From an uncultured delta proteobacterium (GTDB lineage Bacteria > Desulfobacterota > Binatia > UBA9968): a stretch of DNA of 64,000 bases. The translations under genes were made by a program, and so were the position numbers. Positions within the stretch are counted from its first letter, which is position 1, and each line of letters begins with the position of its first letter. Of this stretch, positions 29,714 through 40,150 are shown piece after piece. The DNA is taken from the NCBI GenBank assembly GCA_963745835.1, contig CAVUZH010000013.1:224001-288000 (forward strand), read 5' to 3'. Below the pieces are notes generated by a model. That model was not told where the DNA came from. It ran no database searches and worked only from the letters and a program-made list of their open reading frames with translations.

Positions 29714-30241
29714 CAGCGCGATTCGATCTCCGGTGTGAATGACACCATCGCTGAGAATCGCCGCCTTCAGACCGCTGCGGTTTTCCAGCGCGCGAAAAAT
29801 GCCGGAGATATGTGAAACCTTCTCCAAATGGGCACAGGGCTCGAACAGGCGAATGCCGCGCATGACCACGTTGCCGACCATGAAGTCTCGATCGAGCAGT
29901 TCGATCAACGGCACACCGCGGGTGATAATGTTGCGCCTAGTCTTATCGCCAGCAATCGTTACGTGATGTTCCGACGCCGCCATCTCGAGAACTTCCTGTT
30001 CGATCAGACTGACAGCTTTGTCGGGCCGCTTTGCTGCTGCCCAAGAGTCGCGAAAGAAACGATCGCCTTCCAAGCCGCGATCGGCGAAGGCCCGCACCTG
30101 CGCCGCCGAAATCATCGGACCGGCGGGCTCTGGAGCGATGTACAGGTTAACCACGCTTCCCTTCCAAGCAGCGCTGGGCTTTAAGCCGCGCCATAGTTCC
30201 GGTGGCGTCTCCCACGTAAATGCCGTTTCTCTTCGCGACAT
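29690..30241 (-). CDS. MOSC domain protein
   Basis: GLEGDR, RRNIITRGV, EPCAHL, DGVIHTGD. Confidence 0.88.
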   Translation of the reverse strand: MSRRETAFTWETPPELWRGLKPSAAWKGSVVNLYIAPEPAGPMISAAQVRAFADRGLEGDRFFRDSWAAAKRPDKAVSLIEQEVLEMAASEHHVTIAGDKTRRNIITRGVPLIELLDRDFMVGNVVMRGIRLFEPCAHLEKVSHISGIFRALENRSGLKAAILSDGVIHTGDRIALQAAEKDP

Positions 30242-30286
30242 AAAGTACCCCTAAATAGTTATCAATTGCTGATTTACTCCGTTTTG

Positions 30287-30409
30287 CAGGCTGGCCAAAA
30301 AGGCTCAAAGGCAAGGCGCGCGAAGTGCGATGAGCTGAAGCGTACGCTCCAGTACGTTGAAGCGAGTCTGGCAATCGCAACGAAGCATATGAGCCTTTTC
30401 AACAACGTG
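30287..30409. mobile_element. MITE-like element family A, copy 3 (degenerate right end)
   Basis: CAGGCTGGCCAAAAAGG start; shares CGATGAGCTGA, CAGTACGTTGAAGCGA and CGCAACGAAGCATATGAG with copy 1. Confidence 0.72.
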
Positions 30410-30491
30410 CCAAAACGACAATGGCCACTGATTGGTATCAGTGGCCATTGTTATCTTACATTTCAGCTCGCGTAAACGCGTGCGTTTGCGT

Positions 30492-30983
30492 CTATCCCGC
30501 GAAATCAGCAAAAAAGCGCGTATCCTCGATAGGCTCTATGGTTTTGTTCTCGGCGGAGTATGCCGGTAGCGGCTTGCCATCGGGGCGCACCCGCATTTCC
30601 TCGCCGCCTTGCGGTTTGCCTTTGATACCGGCACCAACACGGATTACTACGAGATTGTCCGGGCCAGTGTTGTGGTAGCGGTAATAGGCGCCCTTGGGAA
30701 TCATGACGCCTTGATACTTGCCGACTTTGAGCTCGTTGCCCTTTTCATCGAAGACACTCATCTGCCCCTCGAGAACGATGAAAGAATGGTCCTCGTCGAG
30801 ATGGGTGTGGATCTCATTTTCACCGCCTTCGTAATTGATCTTGGTGTGAATCCACATATTCTCGGTCTCCGCCACCAGCTGGGTGATGCGTCCCTGCTTC
30901 ATGTACGGAGTTCTGAGGGAAAACAGTTTGGTTTGCGGCTTTTCCTCTTTATCGTATCGTGCCGCCGTGGCGCTTGCTTGCAT
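30492..30983 (-). CDS. Cupin domain protein
   Basis: GGENEIHTHLDEDHSFIVLEG, VMIPKGAYY. Confidence 0.85.
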   Translation of the reverse strand: MQASATAARYDKEEKPQTKLFSLRTPYMKQGRITQLVAETENMWIHTKINYEGGENEIHTHLDEDHSFIVLEGQMSVFDEKGNELKVGKYQGVMIPKGAYYRYHNTGPDNLVVIRVGAGIKGKPQGGEEMRVRPDGKPLPAYSAENKTIEPIEDTRFFADFAG

Positions 30984-31012
30984 AGTGATTCTCCTTTTCG
31001 TTGATATTCGAA

Positions 31013-32071
31013 TTAATTATTGATGCCGTCGATTTTGAGATTATACAATTTGATCACGTTGTCGCGGACAACTTTGCGTAAAATGTCCTTCGGCAGATGT
31101 CCCAACTCCCTGGCGATGACGTCGCGCGAATGCGGCCATGTCGAAGCAGCATGCGGATAATCATTGGACCACATGAAGGTATCCTGGCCGAAATCTTCCA
31201 TCAAACGGCCGCCCGCCGGATCGCTAAAGAACGTCGCATAAACCTGTTCGGCAACATACTCGCCGGGCAACTTTTTCATGTAAGGCAACGGCATCTTTGG
31301 GCTGTGGCGCACGAAATACTTGTCCCATTCATGAACGAAGAACGGGATCCAGCCGACTTCATTCTCGACGTAAACAATTTTCAGCTTGGGAAAGCGTGCT
31401 AAAACTCCGCTGAAAACGATGTCGAACAAAGTATTCGCAGCGTCATATAGCTTGGTATTGACGGTGGCTTTGTAAATATCCAAGCCCTTGCGATCAAAGC
31501 GGCTGTAATTGAACCCGGTGAGAATGTGAACGTTGGGCGGCATCTCCAGGGCCTCGGATGCTTCCCAAAAAGCATCGTAATAGTCGCTGGTGAAAGGCAG
31601 ATGCTCGGGTGGCACCTGCCAGATCAAGCTGCCGACCAGCCCGGCCTTCTTGCAACGCTCCAATTCCTTGATCGCGTTTGGAATATTGTAGAGCGAGATC
31701 ATCGGAATGCCGACCAGGCGGCCTGGCGCCGCGGCGCAGTAATCGATCAGCCAGTCATTGGCGATCTTAAAGCAGGCTTCTTGCAGTTCCGCGTCTTCCA
31801 ACGCGAACAGCCGAAGCCCGTGAGTCGGGTAGAGAACTTCGGCGCTGACGCCGTCGACGGCCATCTCGTCGAGCCGTACTTTGGGATTCCATCCGCCGGG
31901 TTTCTCGCCCGCAGTGTTGCGAGGAGGAAATTTGGGGAATTTGGCTTTTAGGGAAGGGGGTAGATTTTTTTCCCAGAGATCTTCAGGCTCCATGATGTGT
32001 GAATCTGCCGAAACGATACGTTCATCTGCAAGTACCGACTGGGCTGTTCGCGCCGCGGCGGCTGTGCTCAT
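31013..32071 (-). CDS. Amidohydrolase_2 family protein
   Basis: SADSHIMEP, EVLYPT, WSNDYPH. Confidence 0.9.
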   Translation of the reverse strand: MSTAAAARTAQSVLADERIVSADSHIMEPEDLWEKNLPPSLKAKFPKFPPRNTAGEKPGGWNPKVRLDEMAVDGVSAEVLYPTHGLRLFALEDAELQEACFKIANDWLIDYCAAAPGRLVGIPMISLYNIPNAIKELERCKKAGLVGSLIWQVPPEHLPFTSDYYDAFWEASEALEMPPNVHILTGFNYSRFDRKGLDIYKATVNTKLYDAANTLFDIVFSGVLARFPKLKIVYVENEVGWIPFFVHEWDKYFVRHSPKMPLPYMKKLPGEYVAEQVYATFFSDPAGGRLMEDFGQDTFMWSNDYPHAASTWPHSRDVIARELGHLPKDILRKVVRDNVIKLYNLKIDGINN

Positions 32072-32252
32072 AAGGTTTGCCCTCGCTTTTTTGTTTATTG
32101 ATTACTTTTATTTCATCTAACCTGGTTTGTCCAGCTCACCCAAAGTCGCACGCCCAGCCGCGAACAAGTGATTCTGGGTGAGGTTCGTCGATGAATAAAA
32201 AAATTGGGCGTGAAATTGTCCAATTCAAGGTTCGGTGCTAGATTCGCCCTTG

Positions 32253-33101
32253 ATGCTGGCATTACGTAAGACTTTAGTGTTGTTTGTCGCGTTGGCAACG
32301 CCCTTAGTAGGCTGGGCCGGCGAAGCGCAGAATGCATTTAACGAAGGCGTTAAACACCACCAGGCCGGCAAATTCAAAGAAGCGATCGCGGCTTACGATC
32401 GCGCCATCAAAATATCCCCTGACGCCAGCGAAGCCTACAACAACCGGGGCCTGGCCTACCATAAACTCGGACAGATCGGCAACGCACTTAAGGATTACGA
32501 CCAGGCGATTAAACTCAATCCTAACTTCACCGACGCACTGTACAACCGCGGCAACGCCCTGTTAGCGCAGAAACATTACGAGGGCGCTATAAAGGACTTC
32601 GACCAAGTCATCAAGCAGAATCCAAAGATGCCGAAGGCCTATGATCAGAGAGGACAAGCCTATTCAGGCCTGGGACAATACGACAACGCCATCAAGGACT
32701 TCAATCAATCGCAGAAACTCGATCCCAAAGACCCCGACCTCTATTATAGTCGTGGGCTCGCCTACCGGCGGCTCGGCAAGCATGATTTGGCGGTACAGGA
32801 CTATTCCGAAGCTATTAAACTCGAGCCGAAGAATGCCGAGGCCTATAACAATCGCGCCAATGCCTATTCTCTGCTCGGCCAGTTCAATCACGCGCTCAGA
32901 GACTACGATCAAGCCATCAAACTCGATCCTAAAAACGCGCGGATCTATGCCAACCGCGGCATGATCAAGCTGCGCCAGGGCAAAGGCGAGGATGCCCAAG
33001 TCGACTTCAACAAGGCGATGGAGCTGCAACCGGATCTGAAAGAACAAATCCAATCGATCACCAGCGATCGGAAAGGCGTTCCAACAGTCAAGAAACCGTA
33101 A
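32253..33101 (+). CDS. Secreted tetratricopeptide-repeat protein
   Basis: Signal peptide followed by repeated AYNNRG...AIKLNP 34-aa units. Confidence 0.92.
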   Translation: MLALRKTLVLFVALATPLVGWAGEAQNAFNEGVKHHQAGKFKEAIAAYDRAIKISPDASEAYNNRGLAYHKLGQIGNALKDYDQAIKLNPNFTDALYNRGNALLAQKHYEGAIKDFDQVIKQNPKMPKAYDQRGQAYSGLGQYDNAIKDFNQSQKLDPKDPDLYYSRGLAYRRLGKHDLAVQDYSEAIKLEPKNAEAYNNRANAYSLLGQFNHALRDYDQAIKLDPKNARIYANRGMIKLRQGKGEDAQVDFNKAMELQPDLKEQIQSITSDRKGVPTVKKP

Positions 33102-33106
33102 CGGCC

Positions 33107-34165
33107 ATGCGTCATACCGGGATCAAAGTTTTTGTCTTGTTGTTGGCTGGGTTCATTTCTGAAACCACTTGGTCCGCTCAGGTCATTGAACCGCTCAAAG
33201 AGGCGCTGCAGTTGCACGAGACGGGGAAAATAAAGGAAGCCATCGTCCTCTATGACAGGTTCATCAAAACTCATCCGAAACGGATCGAAGGATACTTCAA
33301 TCGCGGCAACGCATACTACGATCTGGGACAAAATCAGCGCGCGGTAAACGACTATAGCGAAGTGATTCGTCTGTCGCCCAAGGACAGCGAGGCTTACTTC
33401 AATCGCGGCAATGCCTATCGGCGACTGAAACAAGAGCGGGCCGCGCTCGACGATTACAGCGCCGCCATCAAATTGACCCCGCAAGATAGCAGAGCATACA
33501 TCAACCGCGGCAGCATCCACTTCGACGCGCGTCGTTATGACGACGCGGTGGAGGATTTCTCCGCGGCCATCCGCATTAGCCCGGAAGACGCCGACTCTTA
33601 TTTCAACCGCGGCAATAGTTATCTGGCTCTCAACAAGAAGGACGAGGCGATCAAGGATTATACCGAAGCGCTCTCATTGGAAGAAAAGCTGGTTGATGCT
33701 TTTTATAATCGTGGCATTGCATATTCGGATTCGGACAAAATCGACGCCGCCATAGCTGATTTTACAGAAGTGATAAAACTCAATCCAAAGTTCGGCGACG
33801 CTTATTATAATCGCGGGCTGGCGGCCGCCAAGGCCGGAAAGTACCAGGCGGCGGTCGAAGACTACAGCGAATCGATTCGTCTTAACGCGAAGGATCCGGA
33901 AGCGCCATTCAATCGCGGCATCGCCTTTCTGCGCCTGGCGAAATACGATTATGCGGCAAGAGATTTCAGCGAAGTTATTCGCCTGCAACCGCGCAATGCC
34001 GAAGCTCACGTTTATCGCGGTATAGCGCGCATCTATCAAAAAAGACAACAGGAGGCCGACGGGGACTTCCAGAAGGCCTTTCAACTAGATCCGAGTTTGA
34101 AAAAGAACCTTCAGCCGCTCATCGAAGAAGCCAAGGCGCAGATCAACAGTGAGCCGGAGAAGTAA
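33107..34165 (+). CDS. Secreted tetratricopeptide-repeat protein
   Basis: Signal peptide followed by repeated YFNRGNAY...IRLSP units. Confidence 0.92.
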   Translation: MRHTGIKVFVLLLAGFISETTWSAQVIEPLKEALQLHETGKIKEAIVLYDRFIKTHPKRIEGYFNRGNAYYDLGQNQRAVNDYSEVIRLSPKDSEAYFNRGNAYRRLKQERAALDDYSAAIKLTPQDSRAYINRGSIHFDARRYDDAVEDFSAAIRISPEDADSYFNRGNSYLALNKKDEAIKDYTEALSLEEKLVDAFYNRGIAYSDSDKIDAAIADFTEVIKLNPKFGDAYYNRGLAAAKAGKYQAAVEDYSESIRLNAKDPEAPFNRGIAFLRLAKYDYAARDFSEVIRLQPRNAEAHVYRGIARIYQKRQQEADGDFQKAFQLDPSLKKNLQPLIEEAKAQINSEPEK

Positions 34166-34405
34166 CGGCGGCTCTCGCCGGTTCAACTTGCTAATTTCGT
34201 GTTGATTGCGCCGCTTCGTCCAAGAGCTGTGAGAAAGCTAACTAAGACCTAGCTCGCTGGCCGGGAAGTGACGCTTCCCATGACCCGCATCGTTCACGAA
34301 GATAGCCGGTCATGAAATGTCACATTAAGATTCAACCGGGCAGGAATTCGATCATGATACCTTGCCAGATTCCTCCTCTCCCGTTAGCAGAAAGGCGCCG
34401 TAGAT

Positions 34406-34915
34406 ATGACCAAGATCAAGAAGATCCTCGCTCCCGCGGATATGTCCAATCTGTGCATTTCGGGAATTCGTTTCGCTCTCGAACTGGCGCAATGGCAGCA
34501 ATCCGAGGTGTTGATCTACAACGTTCTTACCGTCGAAGAGACTCCTTTTCCCCAAGGCACTGAAGAATGGGTTGCCAAGCAGACCGAGCTGCCGAAGCTG
34601 AAAAAAATTTTGGATCAACGGAAAAAGACGCTGAATGATTTCATCGCGAAAGAATTCGCTGATCTAACCGGAACAACCAAGGTCCGGCAGGAAGTAGAAA
34701 TTGGCACACCTTATAGGCGGATCGTCGACAAGGCTGCAGCCGAAAGTGTCGACATCATCGTCATGTCCACTCACGGGCGCACGGGGTTGGCCCACATGTT
34801 GATCGGAAGCGTCACCGAAAGAGTCTTGCGCCGCGCCTCGTGCCCGATTCTTGCCGTGCCGGCGCCGCGGCGGAACAAACGATTATCCAGACGGATGAGT
34901 AAGACCGCCGGTTAG
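34406..34915 (+). CDS. Universal stress protein
   Basis: KKILAPADMS, IVMSTHGRTGL, GSVTERVLRRASCPIL. Confidence 0.93.
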   Translation: MTKIKKILAPADMSNLCISGIRFALELAQWQQSEVLIYNVLTVEETPFPQGTEEWVAKQTELPKLKKILDQRKKTLNDFIAKEFADLTGTTKVRQEVEIGTPYRRIVDKAAAESVDIIVMSTHGRTGLAHMLIGSVTERVLRRASCPILAVPAPRRNKRLSRRMSKTAG

Positions 34916-36210
34916 ATTTTATCCCGGCCCCAGAGATCGCCCTGTTCGATATTGGGTTGATCCAGCGCCGGGAATTCCAGACCCTCGATTTCCTGTAAGG
35001 TCTTACCCGCAATCGCTTGAAGGTCGCCATACATGCCAACGGTCGCTTGCATCACACGCTCGATTTGTTCCTCTCGTTTCGCCCATTGCTTGATAATCGC
35101 CCTCTTCTCTCGATCGAGATCCTCGCGCATGCATGAAAACGCTTCGACAATGGCTTGCACCCGCTGACGAAACCGCTGCCCGGTCAAGTACTGATAGACC
35201 ATTTCCATTTTGGTTTGTTGTCCCTCGGATGACTGGCGAACCGCGGCAACCTCGAGCAGGGTCTGACGCAATACCACCGCGACCGGCACTGCTGCTCGCG
35301 GATGCGTCACCCATACGCCTTCGACAAACTCGAAGGTTTCAACGTCCTTGGGTAATGCCTGGCTGACAATCACAGCAATCTCAGCCTTGGCGGTTCGCTG
35401 ATCTTCGCGCAGTTTAACAAGCCACCCGTCGCTCCAATTCTTGGTCCGTTTGCATTCCCAGAGAATAAATCCGCACGACTGGCCGAGAGCTCCGTTGACC
35501 CGATGGAGCACGTCGCCGCCGAATTCACCCTTGGGCACCGGCTGGATCGAATCTCGTGGGAATTTGGTTCTTAACAAGTTCTCCAGCTCGAGCTCCTGCA
35601 CCTCGCCCTGCAACTGTTGAGAACCCTGCTCGGCGCGGCGCTTGAGTTCTTCGATCTGGCGCTGCATAGAGCTGATTGTTTGCTCCTTTTCGAGGACTTT
35701 GAACTTGAGCTCTTCTTCGGTCTCTTTGCGAGCCTGCTCTCGGGTGGCGGCGAGCGACTCCTGCACCCGCTTTTCAATAGTCAGCTCCGCTTCCCGTTTC
35801 AGATCATCCAGCTCACGCTGTTTTCTCAGCACTTCCGCTTGAGACTTTTGCGCCTCGGCGAGCTTGATCTCTCGCTCCTTCAGGACCTCTTGCAGTTCGG
35901 CAATCGCTTTGGCTTTTTGCTCGAGATCCGTGGCTAACGACAGTTTTGCCTTGCGCGCTTCTTCGGCGGCAATCTTGCCCCGCTCCTGAAGCAACTTAGC
36001 AGCTAGCTCCTGATCGATTTGCTCTCGGGCACGAGCGATAGCCGCTTCGCGATCGCGCAGCATCGTTTCCTTTTTGGCAACATCGGCATCCTTTTGCGCC
36101 AGCCGTATTTCGAATTCACGCCGGGTCGCTTGAATCAGCGGCGCCGCTAGCGACTCCGTCAGCTTAATTTCGATGTTACACTGCGGGCACGTAATAGCAG
36201 GTTCGAGCAC
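34912..36210 (-). CDS. DUF2130-like coiled-coil protein
   Basis: ITCPQC N-terminus, long coiled coil, GSQQLQGEVQELELE, WECKRTKNWSDGW. GTG start 36210 after GGAGG. Confidence 0.85.
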   Translation of the reverse strand: MLEPAITCPQCNIEIKLTESLAAPLIQATRREFEIRLAQKDADVAKKETMLRDREAAIARAREQIDQELAAKLLQERGKIAAEEARKAKLSLATDLEQKAKAIAELQEVLKEREIKLAEAQKSQAEVLRKQRELDDLKREAELTIEKRVQESLAATREQARKETEEELKFKVLEKEQTISSMQRQIEELKRRAEQGSQQLQGEVQELELENLLRTKFPRDSIQPVPKGEFGGDVLHRVNGALGQSCGFILWECKRTKNWSDGWLVKLREDQRTAKAEIAVIVSQALPKDVETFEFVEGVWVTHPRAAVPVAVVLRQTLLEVAAVRQSSEGQQTKMEMVYQYLTGQRFRQRVQAIVEAFSCMREDLDREKRAIIKQWAKREEQIERVMQATVGMYGDLQAIAGKTLQEIEGLEFPALDQPNIEQGDLWGRDKI

Positions 36211-36491
36211 AATCAACCTCCGGATTTGCAACGAGAGTGTTTTGCGATAAACCAATTCATAAATCCACCTTTTTTTAAATCCTGCAACATCGCATAGCTC
36301 TAAGAAACGGCGATGGTAACCATCGCTCTGGAACGCTGTGGCATTTCTCTGGCTGATTACAAGCCTTGACGATAAACCACGGGGTTGGTATTCCGAGCGA
36401 GGGATGAGACGATATATCTTCGATGCAGTCGAACTATCTCGCGGCAAACTAACGGGTATCAGAACCTAGCATGAGAATTTGCCCCAGAGCC

Positions 36492-36568
36492 GTCACCCCC
36501 GAATGTCTTAACCGGGGGTCCAGTTTCGGTGCCGCCTGGATTCCCGATAGAAACATTCGGGGAATGAC
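36492..36568. repeat. Palindromic REP-like element (GTCA..TGAC class)
   Basis: GTCACCCCCGAATGT...CGGGGGTCC...TGGATTCCCG...ACATTCGGGGAATGAC nested inverted repeats. Confidence 0.65.
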
Positions 36569-36734
36569 AGATTCTAGAGGTCCGGGAATCACTCATACGG
36601 CGCAAGGGCGTTGGAATCAAACCCGCAGTGATTGAAGATGTTTGCGGCACTACCAACTGCTTGCAAAATCAGCCTGGCAATGACGCACTCACGGCTGATC
36701 GCCGGCAAACAGTAAACAAAGAGAATATTCATTC

Positions 36735-38321
36735 ATGGGTGAGACTCGCGTCGATCTACTGCACCTCCTGGAAGATTTGCGAGATGCGTACCCTGGGTCT
36801 ATTGAAGAAACCATTCTCACTGAGATAATGGCCAATGCGCTCGACTCGGGCGCTACGCGAATAAGTTTTGAATGCGACCCGACGCAAAGCATACTCATCG
36901 CTGTCGATAACGGCTGCGGCATGCAACGGCGGGAGCTGGCGCGCTATCACGATATTGCCGCGAGCACAAAAACCCGTGGCCAAGGAATTGGCTTTGCCGG
37001 AGTCGGAATAAAACTCGGATTGCTCGTTTGCAGTGAAGTTTTTACCGAGACCCGCCGAGGGAAAAGCCACATCGCGACCTCCTGGCACATGGCTTCGCGG
37101 CATCGCGCGCCCTGGAAATGGGTGCCGCCTGCCGGTCTAGTCTCTGAACGCGGCACTGCGGTTCGCCTGAAAGTTCAAAACGCCTTATCTCCTCTGCTCG
37201 ACCCCGGTTTTCTCGAAGGTGCTTTGCGCCGTCATTTTCAACCTTTGTTCGATCCAAGTTTCGACGAGTTTCTTGCCGAACAATATCCCAAGGGCATCGC
37301 AATCTATGTCAATGGCGAGCACCTAGACAGGCATGTCTGGGCTGCGCCTCTCTCTGCGCCATTAACAATTCGGTTATCACGAAAGCGTAAGCCTTCGGCT
37401 CTCGGTTACTTAATTCGCCAGGAGAATTCACTGCCGGAAGAAAGACGCGGCTTAGCGATCAGCACTTATGGCAAAGTAATTCGGCGCGGCTGGGATTGGC
37501 TGGGTATGACGCCAATGTCTCCGGAGCGGATCGGCGGACTTATCGAAGTGCCGGAGCTGACGGCTTGTCTGACCTTGAACAAAGGCGACTTCATTCGCAC
37601 TGGCGCGCGCGGCGCCACCTATCTCGCCTTTCGAAAGGCCATTCAGGAAGCCGTTACCCGGCAACTCGCAACCTGGGGAGATACCCGGGCATCGACGGAT
37701 GAAGCGCCGCCGCGAGAAGTCCGCCCTTTGCAACGCGACTTGGCCCACGTGCTCGAAGACCTCGCCATCGACTTTCCTCTACTCTCATCGCTGGTAGAGC
37801 AACGCTCCGGTGGGCAGAAAAAACTCCCTCTCGGGCGGGCATCGAAAGCCGCTGTGTCGCGCGCATTTGTGGCAGCATCGATAGCCGAACAATCTGAAGC
37901 TTATCCGAATCCGCGTGAAGCCACGTTGTCGCCGCAGGACCGAAACGGCGATGCCAGTCCTCACCACACGTCGGTGACTGAACCGGTCGCGGCGCCGGGT
38001 CGCGGCTTGCTGCTGCCGGCGAAAGACGCTATGCGGCGGCCCGGACATTATGGACTCGATATTCAGTTTGAGGACCAACCGGAGACGTTGGAACTGGCGC
38101 ATTTGATGGAATCGACGGTTTGGGTTAATCGCGCGCACCCAGCCTATCGTCGAGCAGTTGTCTCGCGTTCCATCGGTTATCACATCGCCCTGGCGGTAGC
38201 GATGGCCCTGGCACCGCTCGCCGTAGAGTCCGCCAACGAACACGCCTTCGTGAGCGCATTTCTCTTTCGCTGGGGTGAAACTATCGGAAACACAGCTACA
38301 CCCAAACAGAAGAAGCGTTAA
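36735..38321 (+). CDS. GHKL (HATPase_c, MORC/MutL-like) ATPase of unknown function
   Basis: EIMANALD (motif I), DNGCGM (motif II), GIGFAGVGIK (motif III), GT. Confidence 0.8.
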   Translation: MGETRVDLLHLLEDLRDAYPGSIEETILTEIMANALDSGATRISFECDPTQSILIAVDNGCGMQRRELARYHDIAASTKTRGQGIGFAGVGIKLGLLVCSEVFTETRRGKSHIATSWHMASRHRAPWKWVPPAGLVSERGTAVRLKVQNALSPLLDPGFLEGALRRHFQPLFDPSFDEFLAEQYPKGIAIYVNGEHLDRHVWAAPLSAPLTIRLSRKRKPSALGYLIRQENSLPEERRGLAISTYGKVIRRGWDWLGMTPMSPERIGGLIEVPELTACLTLNKGDFIRTGARGATYLAFRKAIQEAVTRQLATWGDTRASTDEAPPREVRPLQRDLAHVLEDLAIDFPLLSSLVEQRSGGQKKLPLGRASKAAVSRAFVAASIAEQSEAYPNPREATLSPQDRNGDASPHHTSVTEPVAAPGRGLLLPAKDAMRRPGHYGLDIQFEDQPETLELAHLMESTVWVNRAHPAYRRAVVSRSIGYHIALAVAMALAPLAVESANEHAFVSAFLFRWGETIGNTATPKQKKR

Positions 38322-38428
38322 AGGTGTGATAAGCGGGAGAGCAGGCACGCACGCCTGCATCTAGAAAAAAATAATGACCCGCATCGCAATTGGAAGCCGC
38401 TGTAAACACTTAACCATGGCTCCGGTTT

Positions 38429-39976
38429 CTAACGTCCACTGAACTCCGCGAGTAGCTTTTCCAGATCTTTCAAACTAATCGGCTTTACCAGATAGGCGTC
38501 GAAGCCCGCGGTCTTGGCGCGTTCCTGATCTTCCTCTTGCCCATAACCCGAGACCGCGATCAAGAACATTTTACTCGAACCCAGTTCCTGCCGCAGTTGC
38601 CGGGCTACTGAGTAGCCATCGAGTCCCGGCAGGCCGATGTCACAGAGAACTACCTGCGGCAAAAACTGCCGTGCCTTTTCTAAGCCTTGCGGGCCTGTGA
38701 CCGCGAGCTCAACCTGATGTCCTTTGTCTGACAAAAAGATCTGCAGCGTACGAGCTGCCAACGAATTATCGTCGATCACCAGAATACGGTAACAGGCCAG
38801 CGCATCAGCATCGGCTATGGTCGATTTAGGAGCTGGGTCACGGCTATCGGCAAACTTCTGGGTTGGCAGGCGAATAGTAATTTCTGAACCGTGCCCGGGA
38901 CCTTCACTTCTGGCATGCACTTCTCCACCATGCAGTTCAATCAATCCTTTGACCAGCGACAAACCGATTCCAAGCCCGCCTTTGCGTCCCACACCTGGAT
39001 CAAACTGACTGAACGGCTCGAAAATACGCGCCAGGAAATCCAATTCCATACCGATGCCGGTGTCACGAACGCTCAGGACCGTGCAATGCTCGTCTGGATT
39101 GTCGACTAGCTTTACCGTCACCGTATCCCCGGCGCTGGTAAATTTGCCGGCGTTTTGCAGGAGATTGCTGATCGATTGCGCCAGTCGGGTGCAATCACCT
39201 ACGACCCACACAGGGTGGCTCGGCACGTCCAGTGCTAGCTCCAAACCGTTTGACTCTAAAATCGCTCGATAGTCATCCACCGTTTGCCGCACGATAGCAG
39301 CGAAGTCGCAGGGCTCGCGGGCGAGTCCGATCTGGCCGCGAGAAATACGTGAGACATCGAGCAAGTCATCAACCAAACGGCTCATGAGGCCGATCTGCCG
39401 GCCGATGATGTCGCGAAGTTCCTGAGATACCGGCTCCGGCGTTTGCGTTTCGGGGAGAATATCAAACGCATTACTGACAACCCCAAGAGGATTTCGCAGT
39501 TCGTGCGCTAGCGCAGCTAGAAAATCATCCTTCTGACGATCCGCATTGCGCAACTGTGCCACCAGCTGACGATTTTCCCGCTCTCGATCATAGAGACGCA
39601 ATAGCGCGTTGACCGTAGCCAAGAGCTCGTCCGCCTGAACCGGCTCAATCAGATAAGTGTCTGCGCCGCATTCCAACCCGTGAATTCGGTCAGCCCGCGT
39701 CGTGTGCACTGCCGAGATTTGCAGCACCATAATTTGAGCGCTCAGTGGATCGCTCTTGATCGTGCGGCACAGTTGGGTGCCATCTACGTCCGGCAACTTA
39801 ACATCGAGTAAAATCAGCTGTGGCTTTGCTTCTCGGATTAGCCGCAAGGCATCCGCCCCAGTAGCAGCCTCAACCACCCGGTACCCGGCCAACTGAAGAA
39901 TGCGGCTCTTGGCGTACCGACCCGCGTCGTGATCGTCGACATTCAGAATCGTGTACTCTAGGGTAGGGTTTGTCAT
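38429..39976 (-). CDS. Hybrid histidine kinase (REC-HisKA-HATPase-REC)
   Basis: LNVDD...LLDVKLPD; LAHELRNPL; NLLQNAGKF; DTGIG; GLGIGL; C-terminal LCDIGLPGLDG. Confidence 0.94.
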   Translation of the reverse strand: MTNPTLEYTILNVDDHDAGRYAKSRILQLAGYRVVEAATGADALRLIREAKPQLILLDVKLPDVDGTQLCRTIKSDPLSAQIMVLQISAVHTTRADRIHGLECGADTYLIEPVQADELLATVNALLRLYDRERENRQLVAQLRNADRQKDDFLAALAHELRNPLGVVSNAFDILPETQTPEPVSQELRDIIGRQIGLMSRLVDDLLDVSRISRGQIGLAREPCDFAAIVRQTVDDYRAILESNGLELALDVPSHPVWVVGDCTRLAQSISNLLQNAGKFTSAGDTVTVKLVDNPDEHCTVLSVRDTGIGMELDFLARIFEPFSQFDPGVGRKGGLGIGLSLVKGLIELHGGEVHARSEGPGHGSEITIRLPTQKFADSRDPAPKSTIADADALACYRILVIDDNSLAARTLQIFLSDKGHQVELAVTGPQGLEKARQFLPQVVLCDIGLPGLDGYSVARQLRQELGSSKMFLIAVSGYGQEEDQERAKTAGFDAYLVKPISLKDLEKLLAEFSGR

Positions 39977-40150
39977 TTAGTTTTTGGCGCAACGCCATGT
40001 GCCAGTCATTGATGCGCTTTCAAATACAGAATTTCCTCCTGATCATCAAGTATATTCGCAAAACCGTTCGATTGTGGTCATGCTCCTCGAGCCGAACCCA
40101 TCTAAGTAGCGGGATACATTGTAAGCGCGCGCCACCGAGCAGTTTCGATC

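Noticed and set aside
36211-36447. N-terminal extension of the DUF2130 ORF
   Set aside because: The real start is probably GTG 36210 with a GGAGG RBS; the extension does not look like protein.
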